Source: a virus
Taxonomy: Duplodnaviria > Caudoviricetes
Direction: 5' to 3' (one strand)
Length of the DNA: 24,244 nt
Virus record (IMG/VR): IMGVR_UViG_3300042470_000903
Location: 1 to 24,244 of that record
Shown here: one piece after another, positions 9,554-17,024 of the stretch
How positions within the stretch are numbered: the first letter of the stretch is position 1
Layout: every line of letters begins with the position of its first letter
Position numbers and translations under genes: made by a program
Notes under the pieces: generated by a model
Databases searched by the model: none
Told to the model about the DNA's origin: nothing
The model's input: only the letters and a program-made list of their open reading frames with translations

Positions 9554-9988
9554 ATGTGCGACTTCAACGCGGAGTCGCTGCGATGCACGCGGTGCGGATA
9601 CACCGCAAAGCGGCTGCCGACCTACCGAGTGTGCCGCACTATCCCCGAGATGGCACGCAAGATCGCCGCCGACACGGCGACCAAGCGTGTCACGGTGCCG
9701 CCGCTCAAGATCGGCACGGCGGTCGCCAAGGGGTTGGCGGCGGTCGGCATCACCAAGGAGCGGGTGCAGGCAATCACCGGCAAGGATTGCGGCTGCGCCA
9801 AACGGCAAAACGCACTCGACGCCGCCGGGGCTGTCGTGTCTGGCGTCGTGGAGCGAGGCGTCAACGCGGCGTTGAACGCGGTGCTGCCGCACCCCGTCGA
9901 GCAGGATGACATCGCGGCCATCGCCAATTCGCTCCACGCCAGCCCGCTGACAAACGATGGTTTGAAGGAAGGTCCGCCGGTTTCTTGA
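9554..9988 (+). CDS. Hypothetical protein with CxxC and CGCxxRQxxL motifs
   Basis: ATG 8 nt after the previous stop. Contains CTRC and IGTAVAKGLAAVGIT...DCGCAKRQNALD, a motif I recall in phage hypothetical proteins. Confidence 0.7.
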   Translation: MCDFNAESLRCTRCGYTAKRLPTYRVCRTIPEMARKIAADTATKRVTVPPLKIGTAVAKGLAAVGITKERVQAITGKDCGCAKRQNALDAAGAVVSGVVERGVNAALNAVLPHPVEQDDIAAIANSLHASPLTNDGLKEGPPVS

Positions 9989-10010
9989 CACCGCTGGGAG
10001 ACTCGTCGCT

Positions 10011-10196
10011 ATGCCACGCAAGCCGTCCAAAAAGCAGAGCAAGCCGCGGGAGTTCATGACCACCGATGACATCATTGACGATGAAGACATTGTTCATGGC
10101 ACGCCCGACATAGACGGCAACGTATTCCTCCGCCGATCCGCCGCCAAGAAACCCAAGGACGGGAAGCGTGGCAAAGGCAAAAAGCCTTCTGGCTGA
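10011..10196 (+). CDS. Small hypothetical protein (basic ends, acidic core)
   Basis: 61 aa ORF filling the gap between neighbouring genes, with GC-rich third positions. Confidence 0.55.
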   Translation: MPRKPSKKQSKPREFMTTDDIIDDEDIVHGTPDIDGNVFLRRSAAKKPKDGKRGKGKKPSG

Positions 10197-10440
10197 CATC
10201 ACCGCCAGCGTGCGAAACCACCGCCCCGGTTTTCGCGCGTGGTTTGAGCTGCTCCCCGACGCGGCGCAGCAAGAGCTTGGGTCCGTGCGTGAGGCGTTCC
10301 ACGCTGGCAAGATGCCCGGCGTGCAGAAGCGTGCGTTGGCACGGGCAGTCATGGAGGCCGCGAAGGACCGCGGCTGGAAAACGTCGGGCATCCAAGGAGT
10401 GCTGGCATGGCTCGACGCAAAGACCGGTCACGCATCCTAG
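10168..10440 (+). CDS. Hypothetical helical protein, possibly DNA-binding
   Basis: 90 aa, GTG start after GGGAAG, overlapping both neighbours. Confidence 0.6.
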   Translation: MAKAKSLLADITASVRNHRPGFRAWFELLPDAAQQELGSVREAFHAGKMPGVQKRALARAVMEAAKDRGWKTSGIQGVLAWLDAKTGHAS

Positions 10441-11600
10441 CCGACGTGTTGGCAAAGACACCGCCGCCCAAGCCGTCCGCAGACTCCGAGCAAGTGACGC
10501 AGCGGCGGGACGGCGACGTGCTGGAAGCGCGGTCCACCAGCCGACGCATCAAGACCGTGGAGGACTTGCTGCGGCACATCGAAGCCGACCTCACCCGCTA
10601 CGAGGTCGCCGCCAGCGAAGCGACCAAGTGGGAGTGTGCCAGCACCGATGGCAACGGCGGCACGACGGTCACCGAGTTGCACCGCGTGTTCGTTCGGCTC
10701 AAGCCACGCGGCGGACCGACCACGCGCGAGGTGGTCGAAGCGATGATTGCCGGGGCGGCACAAACGCTCCGCCGCCCTTTGACCAAGTCTGTCAGAGCGC
10801 GCCGCCCGCCGTCCGACCTCATGCAGCTACTCGTCGTGGCCGACTGTCATTTTGGAAAATACGCGTGGCACGCCACGACGGGCGGCGATGACTACGACCT
10901 TGGCATCGCGGAGCGGCTGGTGCGTGAGGCTGGCGAGGGGCTGCTTGCCGTGGGTGACGATGCCCGCCCGGCCCGTCGGGTCGTGGCGTTCCTTGGAGAC
11001 CTGTTTCACTACGACCGCCCCGACGGCAGCACGACAAGCGGCACGCCGCTGGAGCGCGACGGACGGCTCCAGAAGATGATTTCGGTCGGCTGCGACACGC
11101 TGCTAGGCATCGTCGCACGCAGTGCCGAGACGTGCGCCACGGACGTAGTGGTAGTCAACGGCAACCACGACGAGGTGCTGACGTGGACGTTTCAGCGCAT
11201 CCTGCAAGAGCGGTTCCGTGGCGACAAGCGGGTGGCGGTGCGGCCCGAGTTCACCGGACGGCAGTATCTCACGCACGGAAAGAACCTGCTTGGCTTCGCT
11301 CACGGGCATCGTGCCAAGCGAAAGCTGCCGCAGATCATGGCGCTGGAGGCCGCGGCGGAATGGAGCCGCTGCCCGTACCGCGAGTGGCACACGGGGCATT
11401 TCCATTCGCAGGCGGCGGAGTGGAGCCGACCGATTGAAACGCTCGACGGTGTCATCGTTCGCACCGCTCCCGCGCTCTGCCCACCAGACGATTGGCACTC
11501 CGTGAACGGATTCATCGGGAGTAGACAGGCGTGCGAGACTTTCCTCTACAGCCCAACGGGAGGGCTAGTCGCGATGCACGTAAAGGGAACAGCAACATGA
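10407..11600 (+). CDS. Calcineurin-like metallophosphoesterase
   Basis: Motifs in order: ADCHFG (DxH), LGDLFHYD (GD), NGNHD, AHGH, TGHFH. SD AAGGAG upstream. Confidence 0.88.
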   Translation: MARRKDRSRILADVLAKTPPPKPSADSEQVTQRRDGDVLEARSTSRRIKTVEDLLRHIEADLTRYEVAASEATKWECASTDGNGGTTVTELHRVFVRLKPRGGPTTREVVEAMIAGAAQTLRRPLTKSVRARRPPSDLMQLLVVADCHFGKYAWHATTGGDDYDLGIAERLVREAGEGLLAVGDDARPARRVVAFLGDLFHYDRPDGSTTSGTPLERDGRLQKMISVGCDTLLGIVARSAETCATDVVVVNGNHDEVLTWTFQRILQERFRGDKRVAVRPEFTGRQYLTHGKNLLGFAHGHRAKRKLPQIMALEAAAEWSRCPYREWHTGHFHSQAAEWSRPIETLDGVIVRTAPALCPPDDWHSVNGFIGSRQACETFLYSPTGGLVAMHVKGTAT

Positions 11601-12079
11601 ACACGCTTGATGAATCCAACGCCGCACTGCGGCAGGCTGTCGGTGACCGGCTGGCTGGGACACCAGCCAACGACCCAAAGATGATCGGGTACGAGGCGGG
11701 CGGATGCTGCGACGGCGGTCGGTGTCATACGCCGCCGCGGTCGGTGACGCTCCGCCCCGGCTCGCTGGCGTTCATGAAGGTGCTGGACGAGATCAGTGCC
11801 ATCCACGTCGCCAAGTCGCAGGACTACGGTGCCGATGATGACGCGCTTGCCAACATTCGCAGCGGTGCCGACCTCATCGGCGTCGAGCCGTGGCGTGCGT
11901 GCCTCATCCGCATGGCCGACAAGATGACGCGGCTGCGTTCATTTTGCCACCGCGGACGTGTCGAATTTGACGGCGTTGAGGACACGCTGCTTGATATGGC
12001 TGCGTATTGTGCGATTGCCTTGGTTCTCTACCGCGAGCAGAACAATGGACGAACGCTACCCGGCGCTGACCAGCGATGA
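11597..12079 (+). CDS. DUF1599/nucleotide-modification-associated-domain-like protein
   Basis: KSQDYG...N...IRMADKMTRL...EDTLLDMAAY pattern. ATGA overlap with the phosphoesterase stop. Confidence 0.75.
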   Translation: MNTLDESNAALRQAVGDRLAGTPANDPKMIGYEAGGCCDGGRCHTPPRSVTLRPGSLAFMKVLDEISAIHVAKSQDYGADDDALANIRSGADLIGVEPWRACLIRMADKMTRLRSFCHRGRVEFDGVEDTLLDMAAYCAIALVLYREQNNGRTLPGADQR

Positions 12080-12245
12080 CCTTGCACGGATGGAACACCG
12101 TGCGCGTCGCTTCAGCGGTGCGTACACCGGCACCAGCGGAACGCTGGCGGCGGACGTGATTCGTCTGCTGAAAGAACGCGCGAGGCTGCTGCGGTTGTTG
12201 GCCGACAAGCCTCGCGAGCCGTACTGGAACGAGCCTCACGACTAG
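12045..12245 (+). CDS. Hypothetical protein
   Basis: 66 aa, MDERYPALTSDDLARMEHRARRFSGAYTGTSGTLAADVIRLL; last gene before the convergent hairpin. Confidence 0.6.
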   Translation: MDERYPALTSDDLARMEHRARRFSGAYTGTSGTLAADVIRLLKERARLLRLLADKPREPYWNEPHD

Positions 12246-12247
12246 GC

Positions 12248-12296
12248 CACGGGCGCGGCGCGCGGAGTTTCCCTCCCTTCTCCGCGCGCCCCCGTG
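12248..12296. terminator. GC-rich hairpin between convergent genes
   Basis: GGCGCGCGGAG/CTCCGCGCGCC stem plus outer CACGGG/CCCGTG, with loop TTTCCCTCCCTT. No U-tract on either side. Confidence 0.55.
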
Positions 12297-12299
12297 TGC

Positions 12300-13178
12300 C
12301 TATGCTCGCTTTGGAAACAGGTGCGGGAGCATCTGCCAGATTTTTGGCTTGTTCGCGGTGGTGATGCGCGGGTCGAGATAGCTTTTCCGCGTGACGCGGT
12401 CGGACGAGTGTCCGAGATACGTGGTGGCATCACCGCCAGCCGCGGCTAGATGCGACGCGGTGCTTTTGCGCAGGACGTGAAATTGAACTTCGCGTGCGTC
12501 GCCCAGCCCGGCACGACGCGTGATGACCTTCCACCGCTTGCGGAGTGCGGTGTCGGACGAGGGGAACCAAAGCAGGTGCGGTCCTTCGTGCTTCGACGCC
12601 GCGTCGAGCAGGTCGGCCACGTCATCCGGCAACTCGTAGATGCGTTCCTGCCGTCCCCCCTTGCGTGAGACGGCTGGGACCGTGAGCCACGGTCGCCGCC
12701 AGCACTCGCGTGGAATCGTCAGCATCGCTGTGATGCGTTCGCCGGTGTAGAACCCGACGCCGATCAACGCGAGAAAGAACGACGAGGCACGCACCGGGCC
12801 AATCCAGCCTTGCGCCGCCGCCGCACTTGCCACCAACGCGTCGAGTTCCTCCGCGGTCAACGCACGCGGTGTCTTCTCTGGCAGGAGTTCCGCCTGCACG
12901 CACGGTCGCAGCTTCACTAGGCCACGGGCCTGAGCGAGATTCCACAGAGCAACGAGGCCGGACCGCTCGCGTGCCACCGAGTTCGGTGACACCTCCGCGG
13001 ATCGGGCAAGCAGGAACTGCGCGACAACGAGGTCATCCAAGTCCTCAAGCGTGGCGTCGTGCCGCAGCCACCGAGAGAACCGCCGGATGGCGTGATGGAG
13101 CAGGCGGACGCTCTCCTGCGAGCGTCCACGCAAGCGAAGCGGCACGTAGACGGTGTCCAGAAACGTGGCGAGCAGCAT
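12300..13178 (-). CDS. int: Tyrosine recombinase/integrase
   Basis: Catalytic set YTGER (R), RKGG (K), FHVLRKS (HxxR), LGHS (H), TRKSYLD (Y). SD GGAGG precedes ATG at 13178. 292 aa. Confidence 0.92.
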   Translation of the reverse strand: MLLATFLDTVYVPLRLRGRSQESVRLLHHAIRRFSRWLRHDATLEDLDDLVVAQFLLARSAEVSPNSVARERSGLVALWNLAQARGLVKLRPCVQAELLPEKTPRALTAEELDALVASAAAAQGWIGPVRASSFFLALIGVGFYTGERITAMLTIPRECWRRPWLTVPAVSRKGGRQERIYELPDDVADLLDAASKHEGPHLLWFPSSDTALRKRWKVITRRAGLGDAREVQFHVLRKSTASHLAAAGGDATTYLGHSSDRVTRKSYLDPRITTANKPKIWQMLPHLFPKRA

Positions 13179-13237
13179 GGTGTCCTCCAAGGTTTGACCC
13201 CGGTGGCGTCCATGCAAATGGGGAGCGTAGGCAGTTA

Positions 13238-13252
13238 GGGGGGGGGGGGGGG
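13238..13252. repeat. G15 homopolymer upstream of the integrase
   Basis: Fifteen consecutive G, 60 nt upstream of the int start. Confidence 0.9.
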
Positions 13253-13412
13253 CGGGCCTGCGTTTGTGTCGCTCGTAGTGGTGTCGCCGTTTTGGGGGTG
13301 CGACCCCGCTCCTGTTGTCGCGGTTGTGCTGGCTGGGTTGGGTTTGTTGGCGTCCCCGCCATTTACGAAGGTTCGATGGCGAACCGCCAACCAAACCCTC
13401 GCACGGGCGAGG

Positions 13413-13446
13413 TGAAGCCGGGGGTCTCCCCCCCGGCTTCATTATT
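13413..13446 (+). terminator. Hairpin, putative intrinsic terminator
   Basis: 12-bp stem TGAAGCCGGGGG/CCCCCGGCTTCA followed by TTATT. Confidence 0.55.
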
Positions 13447-13471
13447 GGTCCCCTTGTTCGGGAAAGCAAAC

Positions 13472-13702
13472 ATGGCAAAAGCACCTAGCAAAACGGAGTG
13501 GATTTCTGTGCCAGACGCGGCGGACTTGTTGGGATGCACGGACGTGTGGGTCATCAAGCTCATCGGGCGCGGCGACCTTGACGCGTTCCGCCTGTCGGGC
13601 CGCGCGTGGGCGGTCAGCCGCGAGTCGGTCGAGAAGAACATCAAGGAACACGCGGAGCGCGACCCGTCGCACGCTGGCAGGCCGAGGTCAAAACTTGGGT
13701 AG
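13472..13702 (+). CDS. Excisionase-like winged-HTH protein (HTH_17-like)
   Basis: 76 aa, WISVPDAADLLGCTDVWVIKLIGRGDLDAFRLSGRAWAVSRESV; divergent from int. Confidence 0.85.
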   Translation: MAKAPSKTEWISVPDAADLLGCTDVWVIKLIGRGDLDAFRLSGRAWAVSRESVEKNIKEHAERDPSHAGRPRSKLG

Positions 13703-13707
13703 GCAGG

Positions 13708-13736
13708 TTGTTTTGGCTTGAACGCGACAATAGAAT
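13708..13736 (+). promoter_or_regulatory. Putative sigma70 promoter of the second HTH gene
   Basis: TTGTTT-N17-TAGAAT, with ATG 12 nt downstream. Confidence 0.55.
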
Positions 13737-13748
13737 GGGGTTGAACGG

Positions 13749-13994
13749 ATGGCAAAGGAGATTCGCGTGGGCTACTACTCGACACGGCAGGCCGCTGAAA
13801 AGCTGGGCTGCTCCGCCAAGACGATCAGCCGCGCCGCCAAGCGGTCCGGCATCGGCATCTACTACGTGGGCGGACGGCTGGCTGCGCTCGCCCCCGCCGA
13901 CCTCACCGCGCTCAAGCCGCTGATCCACGAAACAAGCGGTAACCCGAATTGGATCGCCGCGGGGCGGCGTCCTAAAAAGTCTTCTTCTATATAG
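13749..13994 (+). CDS. Small HTH DNA-binding protein
   Basis: 81 aa, HTH pattern YYSTRQAAEKLGCSAKTISRAAKRSG. Confidence 0.8.
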   Translation: MAKEIRVGYYSTRQAAEKLGCSAKTISRAAKRSGIGIYYVGGRLAALAPADLTALKPLIHETSGNPNWIAAGRRPKKSSSI

Positions 13995-14251
13995 GCGATT
14001 TCGCGGGGGGCCGTTTGAGGTCCGCGTGAGTCCGGTTTTCCCGGCACACGCACGCAACGCGTTGCCGGTGAACGCGTTGCGGTGCCGCGGGGACCCGCGG
14101 TGGAAACGATTCCGCCGACGTTTTTTTGCCGGTGGCGGGAAGCATAACCGCCTTTTTCGACCCCACCCCCAGCAAAAAGGGGGTCTATATAAGAGGGCGA
14201 AACCGCGTTTTCCGCGGGGAAACGGACCAAAAATTATTTTTGCCCAACCTA

Positions 14252-14279
14252 TTGACGCGAAACGGACGATAGGTATAAT
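14252..14279 (+). promoter_or_regulatory. Sigma70 promoter P1 with overlapping palindrome
   Basis: TTGACG-N16-TATAAT, preceded by an AT-rich UP-like tract AAAAATTATTTTT. Confidence 0.85.
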
Positions 14280-14289
14280 ACAGGCACAA

Positions 14290-14305
14290 CGCGGCGGACC
14301 CCGCG
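14290..14305 (+). repeat. Leader hairpin CGCGG-CGGAC(C/A)-CCGCG, copy 1 of 4
   Basis: Other copies at 17375-17390, 17717-17732 and 18145-18160. Confidence 0.85.
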
Positions 14306-14332
14306 GTGTGACCTACAACGGAGAACGGAACG

Positions 14333-15214
14333 ATGAACGCGGCAGACTTCACCTTCGGTGTCGAGATTGAGACGCACATGCCCCGTGGTTCGGTGTACCC
14401 CGGCCCCCACGGCTGCGGCGTGCAGGTGCCGTGGCTTCCGGCTGGCTGGCTGGCCGACGAAGACCCGTCGATCATCCCGCCCAACAACACCCGCATCAAG
14501 TGTGAGTTCGTGTCGCCGGTGCTGCGTGGTGCCGACGGACTGCGTCAGCTGTGCGAGGTCATCACCAAAATCAAGGAGATGGGCGGTCAGGTCAACGCGT
14601 CGTGCGGCCTGCACGTCCACGTCGGGTACGACCAAGGCAACACCCCCGCCGTCCGCCGCCTGCTCAACCTCGTTGCGAATCATGAGAAGGCGTTGTACGC
14701 GGTGACCGGCACGCGGAGCCGTGAGCGTGGCGAGGGATCGCGACACGGCACCAACTGGTGCAAGAGCGTCAAGCAGTACGGCAACGCCGCGCGGGCGGAG
14801 CGTTTTGCCAGCAGCGACCGCTACCACCTGCTGAACCTTGCCACGGGCGGCAAGCCAACCGTCGAGTTCCGCGTGTTCGGCTCGTCGCTCAACGCCGCCA
14901 AGGCCGCGGCCTACGTGCGGCTGTGCATCGGGCTGTGCCAGAAGTCGCTCGTCAGCAAGCAGTCGGCACCGTGGAACGCGACCAAGCGGGCGGCGGTCCC
15001 CGGCAGGAAGGTCTGGAACTACGGGCTGGGCGAGGGTGCCGGTGAGGGTGCCATCGAAGCCGCCCGCCTCCTGTTCTCCCTTGGCTGGAAGAAGCGCGGA
15101 GCCGCCGCGACCTACAAGGTCTACGGCGTCATCGAAGGAGACGGCGTGCCGAGCATCAACGCGGCACGCAAGCAGATCGCCCGCCTGTCGAAGCAGTACG
15201 ACGAGCTTGGCTGA
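14333..15214 (+). CDS. Putative amidoligase (COOH-NH2 ligase, Amidoligase_2-like)
   Basis: Motifs FTFGVEIE, DPSI, EFVSPVL, VNASCGLHVHVG, RYHLLNL, TVEFR. Confidence 0.9.
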   Translation: MNAADFTFGVEIETHMPRGSVYPGPHGCGVQVPWLPAGWLADEDPSIIPPNNTRIKCEFVSPVLRGADGLRQLCEVITKIKEMGGQVNASCGLHVHVGYDQGNTPAVRRLLNLVANHEKALYAVTGTRSRERGEGSRHGTNWCKSVKQYGNAARAERFASSDRYHLLNLATGGKPTVEFRVFGSSLNAAKAAAYVRLCIGLCQKSLVSKQSAPWNATKRAAVPGRKVWNYGLGEGAGEGAIEAARLLFSLGWKKRGAAATYKVYGVIEGDGVPSINAARKQIARLSKQYDELG

Positions 15215-15229
15215 TTGTTCGGATACGCA

Positions 15230-15257
15230 ACCCCGGCGGCAACGTCGCCGCCGGGGT
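15230..15257 (+). other. Intergenic hairpin
   Basis: 11-bp stem ACCCCGGCGGC/GCCGCCGGGGT directly after a GATTGTTCGGATAC box; no U-tract. Confidence 0.7.
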
Positions 15258-15290
15258 CACGACCACACGACACACGAAAGGGACTCAACC

Positions 15291-15923
15291 ATGTGCGGCA
15301 TTTTTGGATTCGTTGCGAAGGGCGACAACAAGCTCGACCTCCCCACCATCAAGGCTATCGCGACCATCACGATGAGCCGCGGACCGCACGCGTGGGGCAT
15401 GGCGTGGGTGGACGGACGCGGCAAGCTCCGCACCTACAAGCAGACCGGTGCGATTGTTGATTCGCTTGGCCTGCTCGCGATGGCGAAGGACGCGCGGCTG
15501 CTCATCGGCCACTGCCGCTGGGCGACGCACGGCGACCCGGCGGACAACACGAACAACCACCCGCACGACGGCGGAGACTCATACGTTGTCCACAACGGGG
15601 TCATCCACCACTACCGGTCGCTCGTCACCAAGCACCGCCTGCGGATGCACACGGAGTGCGATAGCGAGGTGCTGGGGCTGATGCTCCAGAAGTTCCGCGG
15701 CAAGCCGCTGTCGCGTGCGGCCCGCACGGCACGCGAAGCGATGGGCGTGTTCCCGTTCGCGATGATGGCGTTGTGGCCCGACCGGCTCATTGCCACGCGT
15801 GCGAACGGCCAGCCGCTCCACGTCGGCGAGACTCGCGACGCGTACTACCTCGCGTCGCTCAAGTTCCGCCTGCCGGGCTACGTGAGCGAGTTCCCCGAGG
15901 GCGAGATTCTGGAGTACGCGTGA
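15291..15923 (+). CDS. Class II (Ntn) glutamine amidotransferase
   Basis: MCGIFG with N-terminal Cys, RGPHAWG, IGHCRWATHG, NNHPH, VHNGVI, CDSE. 210 aa, stand-alone. Confidence 0.92.
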   Translation: MCGIFGFVAKGDNKLDLPTIKAIATITMSRGPHAWGMAWVDGRGKLRTYKQTGAIVDSLGLLAMAKDARLLIGHCRWATHGDPADNTNNHPHDGGDSYVVHNGVIHHYRSLVTKHRLRMHTECDSEVLGLMLQKFRGKPLSRAARTAREAMGVFPFAMMALWPDRLIATRANGQPLHVGETRDAYYLASLKFRLPGYVSEFPEGEILEYA

Positions 15924-15926
15924 GCG

Positions 15927-16136
15927 TCAGAGCAGCGTGTCATCCACCGGGTCAAACGGTTGGCCCGCTGGATTGACCGCAAACGTCAACGCGACCTTGA
16001 ACGGTTCGCCAAAGACGGGCTTCTCAACGACGCAGGTGTCGCATTGAAAGACGGGACATTCAACGCCGTCCACCGTGATGGAGCCGGTGGCGTGCAGCAA
16101 GGCGGAGCAGTTCGGGCAGTGGTAGGTGTCGAGCAT
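15927..16136 (-). CDS. Small zinc-ribbon protein
   Basis: 69 aa with CPNC and CDTC. Fits exactly between two + strand genes, and TATGAT lies 6 nt before the ATG. Confidence 0.7.
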   Translation of the reverse strand: MLDTYHCPNCSALLHATGSITVDGVECPVFQCDTCVVEKPVFGEPFKVALTFAVNPAGQPFDPVDDTLL

Positions 16137-16163
16137 GGTGGAATCATACACGGGAGGACTACG

Positions 16164-16502
16164 GTGGGCATCAACTACAAAGACGAATACCGCGTGAGTG
16201 AACGCGTGACGCTGGAGCCGGGAGACTTGTTTCGTGCTACGGGCGGTCCGTACTACCTGACTCACGACGAGGCTGGCAAGCGGGTCAGAATTCCGATGGC
16301 GGCGAAGGGACCGTTCCGGTTCATCCGGCTGGCGGAGTACCGCCGCCGCCGGTGGATCGAAGCGTACAGCACACGCGATGGCGGTCACGTCGTGCTGTCG
16401 TTGTCGGCACGGCGGAGCGTGATGCCGGGGCTGATTGTTGCCCGGCCATACAAGATCACGGGCAAGGTTGGCAGGACACGACGCGAGCGTGCGACGGGGT
16501 AA
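16164..16502 (+). CDS. Hypothetical basic protein
   Basis: SD GGGAGG at 16152-16157 before GTG 16164; 112 aa. Confidence 0.7.
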   Translation: MGINYKDEYRVSERVTLEPGDLFRATGGPYYLTHDEAGKRVRIPMAAKGPFRFIRLAEYRRRRWIEAYSTRDGGHVVLSLSARRSVMPGLIVARPYKITGKVGRTRRERATG

Positions 16503-16569
16503 CGGCCTCGCGGTCGTTACGTAAATCCCTCACGGCTGTTGTAGACACGATTGCGAAAGGAGCGCAGCG

Positions 16570-16866
16570 ATGAAAGGCAAGCATTTCTTCAAGGCACAGA
16601 CGGCGTGGATCAGCCACCCGGCGACGATCCACGGCGAGGTGCTGGACAACCGCATCGAACTGGAAACGTCGAGCAGCTTCACAAGCGACCCAGACGGTCC
16701 GCTCTGCCACCGGCTGCGGCGCGACGCGTCCATCACGCTCACGCCGCATGAGGCGTTGGCGTTGGCGGCGTGGCTGTCGGACGCGGCGGAACGCATCAAC
16801 GCGAAGCGAGCGAGTGCCGATGCACGCAAAGCGGCGCGGCGTGCGGCGAAGGGGGGCGGGCGATGA
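16570..16866 (+). CDS. Hypothetical protein
   Basis: SD AAAGGAG; 98 aa. Confidence 0.7.
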   Translation: MKGKHFFKAQTAWISHPATIHGEVLDNRIELETSSSFTSDPDGPLCHRLRRDASITLTPHEALALAAWLSDAAERINAKRASADARKAARRAAKGGGR

Positions 16867-17003
16867 GACTCAAACTCGACTCGCTGATTGTTGCCCTGAC
16901 GCTGATTCGGTTCGGGCAGGAGCTTGGTGCCGGTGGACGCGTGGCACCGCTGGTGGCGGAGGCCATCGACACCGCGCTCCGCCTGCTTGGTGGCGTGCGT
17001 TGA
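16863..17003 (+). CDS. Small hydrophobic hypothetical protein
   Basis: ATGA overlap; 46 aa, MRLKLDSLIVALTLIRFGQELG... Confidence 0.55.
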   Translation: MRLKLDSLIVALTLIRFGQELGAGGRVAPLVAEAIDTALRLLGGVR

Positions 17004-17024
17004 CACGGCGACAAGGATGGACGC

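Noticed and set aside
9985-10013. TTGACA as a sigma70 -35 (also at 17000)
   Set aside because: There is no acceptable -10 at 16-18 nt spacing; both overlap TGA stops.
13350-13381. tRNA fragment or attP core (GGTTCGA at 13370; CCCCGCCA)
   Set aside because: The elements are in the wrong order and no T-arm or cloverleaf can be folded. attP cannot be placed from this window.
13179-13484. N-terminal extension of the integrase in the ORF track
   Set aside because: It is low-complexity and crosses the G15 tract; a strong SD supports ATG 13178.
14838-15290. N-terminal extension of the amidotransferase
   Set aside because: It overlaps the amidoligase, and class II enzymes need the Cys at the N-terminus (start 15291).
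15960-16163. N-terminal extension of ORF 15960-16502
   Set aside because: It overlaps the minus-strand zinc-ribbon gene; the SD supports GTG 16164.
16431-16896. CTGATTGTTGCCC (twice) and CGATTGTTTCGAT at 20127 as extra junction boxes
   Set aside because: They lie inside CDSs and are explained by Leu/Pro-Ile-Val codons.
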